From an uncultured Chloroflexia bacterium (lineage in GTDB: Bacteria > Chloroflexota > Dehalococcoidia > DSTF01 > JALHUB01): a DNA stretch of 64,000 nucleotides. The translations under genes were made by a program, and so were the position numbers. The DNA lies in the NCBI GenBank assembly GCA_963763495.1, contig CAVXOY010000019.1:64211-128210 (forward strand), in the 5' to 3' direction. This document shows positions 21,711-32,560 of this stretch, piece after piece (the first letter of the stretch is position 1; each line of letters starts with the position of its first letter). A model generated the notes under the pieces. That model saw only the letters and a program-made list of their open reading frames with translations, was not told where the DNA came from and searched no databases.

Positions 21711-22355
21711 CTAAAGCCCCGCCGCCTTCAGTAGGTCTTTCCCCACGGAAGCGGTGTCTTGTTCGCCGTTCACCTCGACCAGCTTGCCCGCCCGGGTATA
21801 GTAATCGATGAGCGGCGCGGTCTGCTGGTTGAAGACGCCGAGGCGGTTCCGCACCGTTTCCGGCTTATCGTCGTCCCGCTGGTAGAGCTCGCCGTTGCAC
21901 TTGTCGCAGCGGCCCTCCACCTTGGGCGGTTGGTATTTCTCGTGGTAGACGGCGCCGCACTGGCGGCAGGTCCAGCGGCCACCCAGCCGGGCGACCACCT
22001 CTTCTTCGCCCACGTTTATGTAGAGAACCTTGTCCACGGCCTGTCCCCGGTCCTTGAGGGCCACGTCGAGGGCCTTCGCCTGGTCGAGGGTGCGGGGAAA
22101 GCCGTCCAGCAAGCACCCCTTCTGGCAGTCAGGCCGCTCCAGCCGGTCGAGGAGCATCCGCACCGTGAGCTCGTCGGGGACTAGCTCACCGCGGTTGACG
22201 AAGACCTTCGCCTGTTTCCCCAGCTCAGTCTCGTTGCGGATGTTCTCCCGAAAGAGGTCGCCGGTGGCGATGTGAGCAATATCAGCCTGCTGAGAGATAG
22301 CGTCAGCCTGAGTGCCTTTGCCCGCGCCGGGCGCTCCTAGCAGGATAATAATCAA
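21711..22355 (-). CDS. adk: adenylate kinase (zinc-lid type)
   Basis: P-loop GAPGAGKGTQ, and a lid with CRQCG...CDKCNGELYQRDDD. Confidence 0.96.
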   Translation of the reverse strand: MIIILLGAPGAGKGTQADAISQQADIAHIATGDLFRENIRNETELGKQAKVFVNRGELVPDELTVRMLLDRLERPDCQKGCLLDGFPRTLDQAKALDVALKDRGQAVDKVLYINVGEEEVVARLGGRWTCRQCGAVYHEKYQPPKVEGRCDKCNGELYQRDDDKPETVRNRLGVFNQQTAPLIDYYTRAGKLVEVNGEQDTASVGKDLLKAAGL

Positions 22356-22372
22356 GGTCTCCTCCTAATGCT

Positions 22373-23708
22373 CTACCGGATGAAGCCGGCGTAGTTCCTC
22401 ATAAGGAGCTGGGCTTCCAACTGTTTCATGGTGTCAAGCACCACACCCACCATGATGAGTAGGCCGGTGCTGCTGATCTGCAAGGCTTGCACGTTGGTGA
22501 ACTTGGTGGTGAAGAAGGGCACGATGGCCACCACCCCCAGGAAGATGGCGCCGGCCCAGGTGATGCGCACAAGCACACGCATGATGTAATCCTGAGTGGG
22601 ACGGCCCGGTCTTATGCCGGGGACAAATCCTCCTTGTCGCTGCAGGTTCTCCGCCAGGTTCTGTTGCTGGAAGATGACCAGCGTATAGAAGAAGGCGAAG
22701 GCGACCACAAGCAGGAAGACCATGATGTAGTAGGGAGTGTTGCCGGGGCTGAACGTGCCGGCGATGAACTTGGCGAAATTGTGTACCCACTGGGTGTTGG
22801 AGTTCTCGAACGCCTGGGCCGCCGTCGCCGGGAAGACGACGAGGGAGTAGGCGAAGATGAGCGGAATCATGCCGGCGGAGTTGACGCGCAGGGGTATGTG
22901 GGTCTGGCCCGACTGGCGGTACATACGGCCGCCTCGGAACATGCTGCGGGCGTACTGCACGGGCACCCGCCGCTGCGCTTCGTAGAAGAAGACGATAAGG
23001 GCTATGAGAACGAGACCGAGGATCGCCAGCAGGCCGATCCCGGCGAGGCCCGCCGAGGAGTTGGCGATGCTGGGGATGAGGGAGGGCATGCCGGCGACGA
23101 TGCCACCAAAGATGATAAGGGAGATGCCGTTGCCGATGCCGTTCTCGGTGATGAGCTCGCCTATCCAGACGAGGAAGATGAGTGCCGGCGGTCATCGACA
23201 GGACGGCGGCAAAGGTGGGCAGAGCATCACCTCCAGAGAAGCCGATGCCACTGACAGCCCCGGCGCGCTCGAGCACGAGCAACTGGCTGTAGCCCTGGAG
23301 GATCGCCAGGGGCACGGTCAGCCAGTAGGTGTAGAGGGTTATCTTGTTCCGCCCCGCCTCGCCTTCCTTGGACAGCGCTTGAAGGGAGGGAATGATGGGA
23401 ACAAGGAGCTGCATGACGATGGTGGAGGTGATGTAGGGGTAGACACCCATAGCGGCGACGCTCAGCCTGCGCAGGGCGCCACCAGAGAAGAGGTTGAGAT
23501 AGCCCAGGACAGCGTTCCCCTCGAAGGCGTTCTTGAGTTGCTCCGAGTTCGTTCCCGGGATGGGCACGTGGGCAACAAAGCGGAACACGATCAGCAGGCC
23601 CAAGGTAAAGAGAAGCCGCCGCCGGATGTCCGGCTGCTGGAACGACTGCACGATCGCCTGCAGCAGACGGGGCATGACGGGCTGGGCCGCCTGCCTATTC
23701 GCTGCCAT
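22373..23708 (-). CDS. secY: preprotein translocase subunit SecY, one frameshift near 23180 as sequenced
   Basis: The N-terminal half is in ORF 22434..23708 (RRLLFTLGLLIVFRFVAHVPIPG). The sequence continues in the frame of ORF 22373..23089 from IFLVWIGELITENGIGNGISLIIFGGIVAGMP onward to ...LLMRNYAGFIR. Confidence 0.92.
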
Positions 23709-24153
23709 GTGTCAGCTCCTCTACCTTACCTCCGGCGGCCTCTATCTTTTGGCGGGCGGAGGCAGAGAACTTGTGGGCACGTATGGTTAGGGGCCTCTTG
23801 AGGGCACCGTTTCCCAAGACTTTGAGCGGCTTCCGCTGGTCTTTGATGATCCGCGCGCTCAACAGCGTCTCCGGCGTCACCTCGCTGCCGGCGGCAAATC
23901 GGTCGAGGCGGGAAAGGTTCACCGTCTCGTATTCGACGCGAAAGATGTTGGTGAAGCCGCGCTTGCGTCCCATGCGGCGGACGAGCGGCAACTGGCCGCC
24001 TTCAAAGCTGGCGCGGACGCCGCCGCCGGCGCGCGCCTTTTGCCCCTTTAGGCCGCGACCGGAATAGGTGCCGTGGCCGCTGGAGTTGCCGCGCCCCACT
24101 CTCTTGGAGCGGTGGCGGGCGCCAGGCGGTTGCCGCAGATCGTGCTGATACAC
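23695..24153 (-). CDS. rplO: 50S ribosomal protein L15
   Basis: KRVGRGNSSGHGTYSGRGLKGQKARAGG. Confidence 0.96.
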   Translation of the reverse strand: MYQHDLRQPPGARHRSKRVGRGNSSGHGTYSGRGLKGQKARAGGGVRASFEGGQLPLVRRMGRKRGFTNIFRVEYETVNLSRLDRFAAGSEVTPETLLSARIIKDQRKPLKVLGNGALKRPLTIRAHKFSASARQKIEAAGGKVEELTHGSE

Positions 24154-24339
24154 CTACCGCTCCTCTTCCACTAACAACAGATGCCGAACCTTTTGTATCA
24201 TACCACGCACAGTTGGCGAGTCACCATGAACGACCGACTGGCCCAACCGCCGCAGTCCCAGGGCACGGATCGTGCGCTTCTGGTCCTCGCGGTAGCCGAT
24301 GGCGCTCTTCTTCCAGGTGATCTTAAGCGTTGCCGCCAC
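24154..24339 (-). CDS. rpmD: 50S ribosomal protein L30
   Basis: [32 protein letters not shown]. Confidence 0.95.
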   Translation of the reverse strand: MAATLKITWKKSAIGYREDQKRTIRALGLRRLGQSVVHGDSPTVRGMIQKVRHLLLVEEER

Positions 24340-24847
24340 TCTTCACCTCCGCCTTGACAGCGGCCCGCCGCTTCGCCCGCACTGCCCGGGGGTCTCGAAG
24401 ACGGGAAAGGCCGAGCATCGTCGCCCGCACCACGTTGACGGGGTTGTCGCTGCCGAGGGACTTGGCCAGGACGTCGCTGACGCCGGCCACTTCCATGATG
24501 GCGCGAACGCCGCCGCCGGCGATGACACCGGTGCCGGGGGCAGCGGGCTTGATCAGCACCTTGGCGGCGCAGTACTTGCACAGCAGCGAATGGGGGATGG
24601 TCGATGCGGCAAGCGGCACCTGGATGAGGCTCTTGCGGGCGATTGCCGAGCCCTTACGAATAGCCTCGGCAACTTCCCGCGCCTTCCCCATGCCAACGCC
24701 GACCTTGCCTCTGCCATCACCCACGACAACGATAGCACTGAAGTGAAAGCGGCGGCCACCCTTGACCACTTTGGCGACACGGTTGATGTGGACGACCTTC
24801 TCGGTCAGTTCCGGCTCAACAGTTTGGAATTGCTCCGCTCTTACCAT
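24323..24847 (-). CDS. rpsE: 30S ribosomal protein S5
   Basis: [30 protein letters not shown] prefer the start MVRAEQF (ATG 24847), just after the rplR stop; the track ORF extends to 24916. Confidence 0.95.
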   Translation of the reverse strand: MVRAEQFQTVEPELTEKVVHINRVAKVVKGGRRFHFSAIVVVGDGRGKVGVGMGKAREVAEAIRKGSAIARKSLIQVPLAASTIPHSLLCKYCAAKVLIKPAAPGTGVIAGGGVRAIMEVAGVSDVLAKSLGSDNPVNVVRATMLGLSRLRDPRAVRAKRRAAVKAEVKSGGNA

Positions 24848-24860
24848 TACTATAAGTCCT

Positions 24861-25229
24861 TTAGAAGCGCAGGCCCGCCTCGCGCGCGGCGTCGGCCAGG
24901 GCCTTGACGCGCCCATGAAACTTGTAACCGCCGCGGTCGAAGACTACCTGTTCGATACCCTTTTCCCGCGCCCGTTGACCAATGAGGCGGCCGACGAGGC
25001 CGGCGACGGCGGTCTTGGCCTTGCCGTTTGCCTGCGCAGCCATCTCATTTTCCTTGTCGGACGCCGCCATGAGCGTGCGCCCGGAGTCGTCGTCTATCAC
25101 TTGGGCATAGATGTGGGTCAGGCTGCGGAAGACGCAGAGGCGAGGCCGAACGGCGGTACCCCGGACCTTCCGGCGTACCCGTCGATGTCGCCGCTCTCTG
25201 GCAGCTACAGCCGTGTGTTGCTTACTCAT
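24861..25229 (-). CDS. rplR: 50S ribosomal protein L18
   Basis: [20 protein letters not shown]...[24 protein letters not shown]. Confidence 0.96.
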   Translation of the reverse strand: MSKQHTAVAARERRHRRVRRKVRGTAVRPRLCVFRSLTHIYAQVIDDDSGRTLMAASDKENEMAAQANGKAKTAVAGLVGRLIGQRAREKGIEQVVFDRGGYKFHGRVKALADAAREAGLRF

Positions 25230-25250
25230 CGCTTATCCTGCTAGCGTTCC

Positions 25251-25799
25251 TTAACCCTTAACGGCCCTTCCCGCCTTGCCGGCCTTGCGGCGGACCACTT
25301 CGCCGGCGTAGCGGATGCCCTTACCTTTGTAGGGTTCCGGCGGGCGAAGGGCGCGGAGATTCGCCGCGATCTGTCCCACCAGTTCCTTGTCGCTGCCGCG
25401 GATGTGAAATCGGTTGGTCCCGTCCGCTTCCAACGTGATGCCCGGCGGCGGCGGTATCTCGACGGGATGGGAGAAACCGAGGCTGAACACCAGATTGGCC
25501 CCCCGCTGCTCAACCCGATAGCCGAGGCCGTAGATCTCCAGCGTCTTGCTGAAGCCGGTGTCGACGCCGATCACCATGTTGGCGATCAGGCTGCGGGTGA
25601 GGCCGTGGAGAGCACGGTGACGGGGCGCATCGCTGGGACGGCTGACCAGCAGTTGGCCTTCCTCGAGGCGAAGGCTCATCTCCGGGGAGACGTCGCGGGA
25701 CAGATCTCCCTTAGGGCCGCGCACGGTTACGTGCGTGCCTTCTATATCGACCTTCACCCTTTCGGGGAGGGCGATGGGCTGGCGACCCACCCTCGACAT
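25251..25799 (-). CDS. rplF: 50S ribosomal protein L6
   Basis: MSRVGRQPIALPERVKVDIEG...YKGKGIRYAGE. Confidence 0.96.
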   Translation of the reverse strand: MSRVGRQPIALPERVKVDIEGTHVTVRGPKGDLSRDVSPEMSLRLEEGQLLVSRPSDAPRHRALHGLTRSLIANMVIGVDTGFSKTLEIYGLGYRVEQRGANLVFSLGFSHPVEIPPPPGITLEADGTNRFHIRGSDKELVGQIAANLRALRPPEPYKGKGIRYAGEVVRRKAGKAGRAVKG

Positions 25800-25849
25800 C
25801 TAAGCTCCTCCTCTAATCCTGTGCGGCCAACGAGCCGGCACTTCGATAC

Positions 25850-26248
25850 TTACCAAACGTAGCAGAGCACCTCACCGCCGATGTGGCGGTGCCAGGCCTG
25901 CGACCCGGTCATGATCCCTTGCGGCGTAGATAGGATGGCGATACCCAGTCCGCCATAGACACGCGGGATCTCGCGCTTTTGCACATAGACGCGAAGGCCG
26001 GGTTTGCTGACCCGCTGCAGCCCGGAAAGGACGGGCTCTTTCTTGCCGGTGTACGCCAACCGAAGTCGCAGGAACCGGCGGGGGCCTTCGCTGACCTCCT
26101 CGAAATCGCTGACAAAGCCCTCTTCCTTGAGCACGCGAGCGATGGCAACCTTCATCTTGGACGTGGGAAGCCGCAGCTCATCATGCCGAGCCATGATGGC
26201 GTTGCGAATCCGAGTGAGCATATCGGCGATGGGATCAGTCATATTCAT
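25850..26248 (-). CDS. rpsH: 30S ribosomal protein S8
   Basis: [15 protein letters not shown]...GGEVLCYVW. Confidence 0.96.
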   Translation of the reverse strand: MNMTDPIADMLTRIRNAIMARHDELRLPTSKMKVAIARVLKEEGFVSDFEEVSEGPRRFLRLRLAYTGKKEPVLSGLQRVSKPGLRVYVQKREIPRVYGGLGIAILSTPQGIMTGSQAWHRHIGGEVLCYVW

Positions 26249-26313
26249 GCTATCGCCTCCTTCCGGGGGTATCTCCGCCGCGCGTCATGCAGCCCCTCAA
26301 GTCTTCTTCCTCC

Positions 26314-26499
26314 CTACCAACTCGATTTCTTGACGCCGGGTAGCTGTCCCACTAGGGCCAGATGGCGGAAACAGATGCGACACATGCCGAACATACGCAT
26401 ATACGCCCGGGGGCGACCGCAGAGACGGCAGCGGTTCTTCTGCCGCGTGCTGAACTTGGGCGGCCGTTGAGACTTGACGATCATGGATGTTTTGGCCAC
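26314..26499 (-). CDS. rpsN: 30S ribosomal protein S14, short zinc-binding type Z
   Basis: 61 aa with [10 protein letters not shown]...CRICFR (Cys4). Confidence 0.95.
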   Translation of the reverse strand: MAKTSMIVKSQRPPKFSTRQKNRCRLCGRPRAYMRMFGMCRICFRHLALVGQLPGVKKSSW

Positions 26500-26522
26500 A
26501 GGTTACTCCTCTTACTGGAGCG

Positions 26523-27068
26523 TCAGTTGTGACTGAAGGGCATTCCCAGTAGCTGCAACAGCCGCTTGCCCTCCTCGTCCGTACTAGCCGTCGTCACTAT
26601 TACCACTTGGAGACCGCGGATCTTGTCGATCTTGTCGTACTCGATCTCCGGGAATATCAGTTGCTCACGCAGACCAAGACTGTAGTTGCCACGGCCGTCG
26701 AAGCCCTTGCCGGAGACGCCGTGGAAGTCGCGGATGCGGGGCAGGGCAGCGTTGACCAGACGGTCATAGAACTCCCACATGCGGTCGCCGCGAACGGTGA
26801 CCATGAGGCCGATCGGGTTGCCCTGCCGGACTTTGAAGTTGGCGATGGAGCGCTTCGCCCGGTTGATGACCGGCTTCTGGCCGGCGATAGCGGCGATGTC
26901 GGCGGCAGCCGAATCGAGCGCCTTCGGGTTCTGGAGCGCTTCGCCAAGACCGATGTTGAGCACGATCTTCTCCAGCCGTGGCGCCTCCATGGGGTTCGTG
27001 TGATTGAACTCCTTCATGAGGGCCGGCAGGACTTCCTGGCGATAGAACTCTTTGAGTCTGGGTGCCAA
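26523..27068 (-). CDS. rplE: 50S ribosomal protein L5
   Basis: [18 protein letters not shown]...NIGLGEA...GMPF. Confidence 0.96.
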   Translation of the reverse strand: MAPRLKEFYRQEVLPALMKEFNHTNPMEAPRLEKIVLNIGLGEALQNPKALDSAAADIAAIAGQKPVINRAKRSIANFKVRQGNPIGLMVTVRGDRMWEFYDRLVNAALPRIRDFHGVSGKGFDGRGNYSLGLREQLIFPEIEYDKIDKIRGLQVVIVTTASTDEEGKRLLQLLGMPFSHN

Positions 27069-27077
27069 GCTCCGCTC

Positions 27078-27392
27078 CTAGTCTATGAATTCTCCGCATT
27101 TGCGGCAGACACGGGCTCTAACCCCATCGGGGCGCGGGGCGAACCCCACCCGCGTCGGTTTTTGACAGCTCTTGCAGACAAGCATGACGTTGGACACGCG
27201 AATGGGGGCTTCCCGTTCGATGATGCCGGCCTGGGTGCCGTGAGCCTGCGGCTTCTGGTGCTTCTTCACCATGTTGATGCCCTGGACGACGAGTCGCCCT
27301 TCCCTAGGAATCACGCGGCGGACGGGCCCCTGCTTGCCGCGGTCCTTACCGGTAATGACGAAAACCGTATCGTCACGCTTGATCTTGTTCAT
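27078..27392 (-). CDS. rplX: 50S ribosomal protein L24
   Basis: [21 protein letters not shown] (KOW motif). Confidence 0.95.
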   Translation of the reverse strand: MNKIKRDDTVFVITGKDRGKQGPVRRVIPREGRLVVQGINMVKKHQKPQAHGTQAGIIEREAPIRVSNVMLVCKSCQKPTRVGFAPRPDGVRARVCRKCGEFID

Positions 27393-27757
27393 ACTACCTC
27401 TGGCGCGAGAGAGACTATCTTCATAAAGTTCCTTTCCCGCAGTTCTCTCGCCACGGGACCGAAGATGCGGGTGCCCTTCGGGTTTTCAGCGTCGCTCAAA
27501 ATGACGGCGGCGTTATCGTCGAAGCGGATGTAGGAGCCGTCCTCACGACCGTAGGTCTTGGCGGTGCGAATCACGACCGCCTTGACTACCTCGCCCTTCT
27601 TGACGCTGCCGCCGGGTTGGGCCTGCTTAACGCTGGCCACGATGACATCGCCGACGCGGGCGTAGCGGCGTCCCGTGCCCCCAGACACTTGGATGCACAT
27701 TATCTGGCGGGCGCCGGTGTTGTCGGCCACTTTGAGGCGGCTGTATATCTGGATCAT
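27389..27757 (-). CDS. rplN: 50S ribosomal protein L14
   Basis: [22 protein letters not shown]. Confidence 0.97.
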   Translation of the reverse strand: MIQIYSRLKVADNTGARQIMCIQVSGGTGRRYARVGDVIVASVKQAQPGGSVKKGEVVKAVVIRTAKTYGREDGSYIRFDDNAAVILSDAENPKGTRIFGPVARELRERNFMKIVSLAPEVV

Positions 27758-28374
27758 TCCCCGTCCTGCTTCGTCTCTTCCTCTTCGACAGCCGGCTCTG
27801 CCTCAACGGCGGCTTCGGCGTCGGGCTCTGCATCAGCGACCACCACCGCCGTCTCTGTTTCGGGCTCGGCCTCAGTTGCCGGCTCCGATTCGGCCGCCGC
27901 TTCCACCGAGACTGCCTCTGCTTCGGGCTGAGCCTCAGCTACTACCGACTCCGCCTCGGGCTCGGCCTCAGTTGCCGGCTCCGGCTCGACCGCCGCTACC
28001 GGCTCCGGCGGCGCCGCCTTCTTCTTCGCTGCCTTGGCGGGCGCGGCCTTTGCCGGCGCCGGGGCTTCGGCGGCAATCCGCTGGAGGATAGCGTTGTCGA
28101 TCTCGCGCGGGTCGACCTCGGCCACCTCGTGGCGGGCGATTATCTCAGTCACCCGCCAGCGCTTCTCGCGGGAGAGGGGGCGGCTCTCGATGATGCGCAC
28201 GGTGTCGCCGAGGGCGCAGGCATCTTTTTCGTCATGAGCCTTGTAGCGCTTGGTGAAACGCCTGCTCTTCTTGTAGAGAAGGTGGCGCTTGTGCTTTTCG
28301 ACGGCAACGATGACCGTCTTCTGCATCTTGTTGCCGACCACGACGCCCACTTGAGCCCTACGACGGGTGTACAT
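27754..28374 (-). CDS. rpsQ: 30S ribosomal protein S17 with about 120-aa Ala/Glu/Pro-rich C-terminal extension
   Basis: The canonical S17 core occupies aa 1-82 ([18 protein letters not shown]...RWRVTEII), followed by 124 further residues. The stop overlaps the rplN ATG (ATGA), so the tail frame is the translated one. Confidence 0.9.
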   Translation of the reverse strand: MYTRRRAQVGVVVGNKMQKTVIVAVEKHKRHLLYKKSRRFTKRYKAHDEKDACALGDTVRIIESRPLSREKRWRVTEIIARHEVAEVDPREIDNAILQRIAAEAPAPAKAAPAKAAKKKAAPPEPVAAVEPEPATEAEPEAESVVAEAQPEAEAVSVEAAAESEPATEAEPETETAVVVADAEPDAEAAVEAEPAVEEEETKQDGE

Positions 28375-28377
28375 AGT

Positions 28378-28623
28378 TTAGCTTCCCTCTGCCTTGGCTG
28401 CTTCCCAGACCGCCGTCAGCTCTCGTTCTCGCTGAACGGTCTTGATCCGTGCTATCTGATGTTTGACTTTCGGCAGTTCTCGATGGTTGGCGAGCTGCCG
28501 CGTCGACACCTTGAGGCGCAGGGTGAATAGCTGGCGATAGGACTCCTCCAGCCTCTGAGCGAGGTCGTGGTCGGAGAGGACTCGCAACTCCTGCACTGCT
28601 GTTTTCTTCTTGCGACGAGCCAT
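28378..28623 (-). CDS. rpmC: 50S ribosomal protein L29
   Basis: [27 protein letters not shown]. Confidence 0.93.
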   Translation of the reverse strand: MARRKKKTAVQELRVLSDHDLAQRLEESYRQLFTLRLKVSTRQLANHRELPKVKHQIARIKTVQRERELTAVWEAAKAEGS

Positions 28624-28627
28624 CGCC

Positions 28628-29047
28628 CTATGCCCCTTCGTGCTCCCTAGCTACAAAGCGCGTCTCGATCGGCAGCTTGTGGGCAGCGAGGCGCATCGCC
28701 TCTTGGGCCACGTTACGCTGCACACCGGCCAGCTCGAAGAGCATACGCCCGGGCTTAACGACCGCCACCCAGCGATCGGGAGCCCCCTTGCCGCTACCCA
28801 TGCGGGTCTCGGCCGGCTTGGCGGTGACCGACTTATCGGGGAAGATGCGGATCCAGACCTTGCCGCCACGGCGCACGTAGTGAGTAATCGCCCGACGGGC
28901 GGCTTCTATCTGGCGGGCATCCACCCAGGCCCGGCCGACTGCCTGGAGGCCGAATTCACCAAAGGTGACCTGGTTGCCTCCGGCGGCCATGCCGCGCATC
29001 TTGCCGCGATGCACTTTGCGGTGCTTGACCCGCTTGGGTTGAAGCAT
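28628..29047 (-). CDS. rplP: 50S ribosomal protein L16
   Basis: [19 protein letters not shown]. Confidence 0.97.
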   Translation of the reverse strand: MLQPKRVKHRKVHRGKMRGMAAGGNQVTFGEFGLQAVGRAWVDARQIEAARRAITHYVRRGGKVWIRIFPDKSVTAKPAETRMGSGKGAPDRWVAVVKPGRMLFELAGVQRNVAQEAMRLAAHKLPIETRFVAREHEGA

Positions 29048-29050
29048 CTC

Positions 29051-29810
29051 TTACTCCGAAGCCTTCTCTTCTTGGGAGACGGCGGCCTCCTCGACGGGGG
29101 GTGCTGCCGCTGTCTCCTCTTCAGTCTCTGTTGTCTCGGCGGTCTCTTCCTCTACGGGCACGCACGGGTGCCGGAGCTTTAAGCTCGGGAAGGATCTCGC
29201 CCTTGTATATCCAGACTTTCACACCGATACGGCCGAAGGTCGTATGGGCCTCCGCCGTCCCGTAGTCGATATCCGCACGCAGGGTGTGGAGAGGCACCTG
29301 ACCGGATTTCTCCGTCTCGCGACGGGACATCTCGGCGCCACCGAGGCGGCCACCGACGATTATCTTGATCCCCAGCGCTCCCCGCTGCATGGTGCGCGTG
29401 ACCGCCTGCTTCATGGCCCGGCGGTGGGAGACCCGACGCCCGAGTTGCTCGGCAATCGATTGAGCGACGAGCGCGGAGTCGAGCTCCGGCTGGCGGATCT
29501 CGACGATGTTGACGCGTACCCGCCGCCCGCTGAGGCCCTCAAGCTTCTGCCTGAGCTCGTCGACCCTCTGGCCACCCCGCCCGATGACGATGCCGGGGCG
29601 CGCGGTGTGAACGGTGACGGAGACCATGTTGGCGTTGCGGTCGATCTCGACGCGGGAGATGCCCGCATCGGGCAAGGCCTTGGCGATAGTGCCCCGGATG
29701 GTCAGGTCCTCATGAAGGAGTTCGCTGTAATGCCGGTCGGCGTACCACTTGCTCTGCCAACCGTAGATGACACCGAGGCGGAATCCTATGGGGTGCACCT
29801 TATGGCCCAC
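29051..29810 (-). CDS. rpsC: 30S ribosomal protein S3; the C-terminal acidic tail is reached only after a frame switch near 29155
   Basis: GTG start at 29810 ([13 protein letters not shown]...), directly after the rplV stop. The uninterrupted frame stops at 29121. An adjacent frame reads ...[35 protein letters not shown] and stops at 29051, 3 nt before the rplP ATG. Confidence 0.88.
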
Positions 29811-29811
29811 T

Positions 29812-30147
29812 CTATCCCTCCTCTTCGACCACGACGGTGATGTGGCTGGCCCGACGCAGTATGGGGCTGGATCTGCCCCGAGCACGGGCGCGGCTACGCT
29901 TGATGGTTACTGCCTCGTCGGCGTAGGCGGCCTTTATCCGCAGGTCCGACAGGGAAAGCTGGTAGTTGTTCTCAGCATTGGCCGCGGCCGACTTGACGAC
30001 TTTGGCGACGACGCGAGCGCTGGGCACAGGCAGGTAGCGGAGCATAGTAAGCGCCTCGTCGATCCGCTTACCGGGCAGATGCTCGAGCACGAGGCGCACC
30101 TTGCGCGCCGATACTCCTACTTGCTTCGCCTTGGCGCTAACTTCCAC
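29812..30147 (-). CDS. rplV: 50S ribosomal protein L22
   Basis: [29 protein letters not shown]. Confidence 0.96.
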   Translation of the reverse strand: MEVSAKAKQVGVSARKVRLVLEHLPGKRIDEALTMLRYLPVPSARVVAKVVKSAAANAENNYQLSLSDLRIKAAYADEAVTIKRSRARARGRSSPILRRASHITVVVEEEG

Positions 30148-30183
30148 GAATATCCCTCACTAATCTCATCCGCCGCCTGTGTA

Positions 30184-30474
30184 TTACTTCCTGCGCACCT
30201 GGGTGGTCTGGGCCGTGCGACCGCCGTGGCCGCGGAAGAGACGGGTCATAGCGAACTCTCCCAGCTTGTGACCCACCATGTTCTCGGTGATGAAGATGGG
30301 CACGTGCCGGCGGCCGTCATGAACACCGACGGTCAGACCAACCATCTCCGGCATGACGGTTGAGGCCCGCGACCAGGTGCGGATAATCGTCCGCTGGCCG
30401 GAGCGCCGGACTGCCTCCACCTTCTTCAGGAGTTTCGGGTCGATGAACGGGCCCTTCTTGGTAGAACGCGACAC
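30184..30474 (-). CDS. rpsS: 30S ribosomal protein S19
   Basis: [19 protein letters not shown]...HNGRxH-like [11 protein letters not shown]. Confidence 0.97.
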   Translation of the reverse strand: MSRSTKKGPFIDPKLLKKVEAVRRSGQRTIIRTWSRASTVMPEMVGLTVGVHDGRRHVPIFITENMVGHKLGEFAMTRLFRGHGGRTAQTTQVRRK

Positions 30475-30483
30475 AGGATTCTC

Positions 30484-31314
30484 CTAGGCTTTATGCCGGC
30501 TTCTGACGATGTACTTGTCGCCGTCATGGCGGCGGCGGGTGCGATAGCCGCGGGCCGGCTTCCCCCAAGGGGTCTTGGGCCCCGGCATACCGATAGGCGC
30601 TTTTCCTTCACCACCACCGTGGGGATGGTCGCGCGGGTTCATGGCCGAGCCGCGAACCGTCGGACGATGTCCCTTCCAGCGAGAGCGACCGGCTTTGCCC
30701 AGCTTTATCATGCTGTTCTCAACGTTGCTCACCTGGCCGATGGTGGCGGTGCAGTCCGCCGGGACGCGCCGCAACTCGCCGGAGGGCAGCCGCACGAGGG
30801 CGAATTCACCCTCTTTGGCCATGAGCTGGGCGGTCGAGCCGGCGCTGCGGACGATCTGGCCGCCCCGGCCCGGGCTAAGCTCGATGTTATGGATCGCGGT
30901 GCCGGTGGGTATATCCTTCAGGGCCATGGCGTTGCCCAGCCGGATATCGGCTTTTGGCCCCGCCTCTATCATGTCACCGACTTCGAGGCCAACCGGCGCC
31001 AGTATGTATCTCTTGTCGCCGTCTCGATAGAAGATGAGGGCGATGCGGGCGCTGCGGTTGGGGTCGTACTCGATGCTGGCGACACGACCCGGCACACCCA
31101 GCTTGTCCCGCTTGAAATCGATTATGCGGAGACGCCGGTGGGAACCACCACCGCGGTGGCGCACGGTGATGCGCCCCTGGTTGTTGCGTCCCGCCTTGCG
31201 CCGGAGGGGCTTCAGCAGGGACTTCTCGGGCTCTTTCTTCGTCACTTCGGCGAAGGTGAAGCCGCTCATTCCCCGCCGCCCCGGCGACGTCGGCTTGTAC
31301 TGCTTAACCGGCAT
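30484..31314 (-). CDS. rplB: 50S ribosomal protein L2
   Basis: [17 protein letters not shown]...[18 protein letters not shown]. Confidence 0.97.
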   Translation of the reverse strand: MPVKQYKPTSPGRRGMSGFTFAEVTKKEPEKSLLKPLRRKAGRNNQGRITVRHRGGGSHRRLRIIDFKRDKLGVPGRVASIEYDPNRSARIALIFYRDGDKRYILAPVGLEVGDMIEAGPKADIRLGNAMALKDIPTGTAIHNIELSPGRGGQIVRSAGSTAQLMAKEGEFALVRLPSGELRRVPADCTATIGQVSNVENSMIKLGKAGRSRWKGHRPTVRGSAMNPRDHPHGGGEGKAPIGMPGPKTPWGKPARGYRTRRRHDGDKYIVRSRHKA

Positions 31315-31391
31315 CTCTGTCGCTGCCTCTCATCATCGCATCCGGTCCGCCGCTGCCTCTCGCCCGATCGGGCTCCGGCGCCGGCCCCCGG

Positions 31392-31688
31392 CTATACTCC
31401 TTCGATAAGCTCTATCTTGTGGCCCGCCTGCAGGGTCACGATGGCTTTCTTCCAGTCAGGCGCCGCGGCAGGCCCGGTGCGAAAGCGCCGCACTCTGCCC
31501 CGCACGTTCATGACGTTCACGGCCTTCACCTTCACGTCGAAGGCGAGCTCTACGGCATGTTTGATCTGCATTTTGTTGGCAGCCGTCGCCACCTTGAAGA
31601 CGTACTGGTTCTGGCTGGCGAGGATGGTGCTCTTCTCAGTGACCAGCGGCCGCAGGAGGACGGTGTAGGGATGGATCTCTTTAGGCAT
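31392..31688 (-). CDS. rplW: 50S ribosomal protein L23
   Basis: LLRPLVTEKSTILASQNQYVFKVATAANKMQIKHAVE. Confidence 0.95.
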   Translation of the reverse strand: MPKEIHPYTVLLRPLVTEKSTILASQNQYVFKVATAANKMQIKHAVELAFDVKVKAVNVMNVRGRVRRFRTGPAAAPDWKKAIVTLQAGHKIELIEGV

Positions 31689-32560
31689 CCGAGCCCTCCT
31701 CGACAGTGGCGGCTGGAGCGGGAGCCGCTGTGCGCCGCCGCCGTGCCTGCGGAGCGGCCGGAGCCTCCTCGACAGTGGCGGCTGGAGCGGGGGCCGCTGT
31801 GCGCCGCCGCCGTGCCCGCGGAGCGGGCTGACAGGGCGGCGGAGCGGGGGCTGTGCGCCGCCGCGTCCGCGGAGCGGGAGCCTGCTCGAGCAGGCTCAAG
31901 CGCCGGAATCGGCGCTCGGCGGCGCAGCGCCCTGTCGCCACCCCAAAGCTGCTCCGCCTTTCTCACCGCACCTACGGTCATCAGCAGGTGCTGGTGGGAA
32001 AGCATGTCCGATACGTTCAGATAGGGCGCCGGCAAGACCTTCACCCTCTCCAGGTTGCGGGCGCTCGTGACGATGTTCCTGTCAGTATCCTCAGTGACGA
32101 GGAGGGTCGAGCGCTCCAGCCCCAGATTCCCCAGCAGCGCCACCACATCCTTTGTTCGCGGCTTCTGAAGGCTCAGCATGCTTATCACCTGGAGAGAGCC
32201 GTCGGCGGCCTTAGCGGAGAGGACAGAGCGGATGGCCAGACGGCGCATCCGCTTGGGGAGGTGCTGACTGAAGCTGCGGGGCTTCGGGCCAAAGGCGATA
32301 CCGCCGTGACGGATAGCAGGTGACCGGATGCTGCCCAGCCGGGCACGTCCCAATCCCTTCTGACGGCGTACCTTGGCGGTGCTCCCCGCGACCTCGCCGC
32401 GCGTCTTGGTGCTGCCCGACCCGGCCCGCCGGTTGGCGAGCTGGGCCAGCAACGCCTGATGCACGACAGCGAGGTGCGGTCTGACACCAAAGACCAGGTC
32501 ATCGGCCTTGATCGGCTCAACTTGCTTGCCTTCGGGACTGCGAACCGTGAGTTCCATCAT
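31681..32560 (-). CDS. rplD: 50S ribosomal protein L4 with Arg/Ala/Pro-rich repeat-containing C-terminal extension (requires a frame switch at 31880-31960)
   Basis: The canonical L4 runs to ...LLMTVGAVRKAEQLWGG in the frame of ORF 31550..32560. That frame then runs 140 nt into rplW. The +1 frame (ORF 31681..31941) carries RRRRTAAPAPAATVEE repeats and stops overlapping the rplW ATG (GATGCCTAA). Confidence 0.85.
31695..31880 (-). repeat. 69-bp (23-codon) tandem repeat, about 2.7 copies, inside the L4 tail
   Basis: Units starting at 31695 and 31764 are near-identical (CCTCCTCGACAGTGGCGGCTGGAGCGGG(A/G)GCCGCTGTGCGCCGCCGCCGTGCC...). A degenerate third unit starts near 31833. Confidence 0.85.

Noticed and set aside
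31550-31690. Read-through of the L4 main frame to a stop at 31550, giving a 336-aa protein overlapping rplW by 140 nt.
   Set aside because: The overlap with a conserved gene is implausible, and the Ser/His/Cys-rich translation is unlike the other tails. The +1 frame ends in a canonical coupled stop/start with rplW.
27780-31900. Short direct repeats in 27.8-28.0 kb and 31.7-31.9 kb, considered as a possible CRISPR-like or satellite array.
   Set aside because: The repeats are contiguous with no unique spacers, in frame, and encode low-complexity protein tails of S17 and L4. They are not CRISPR.
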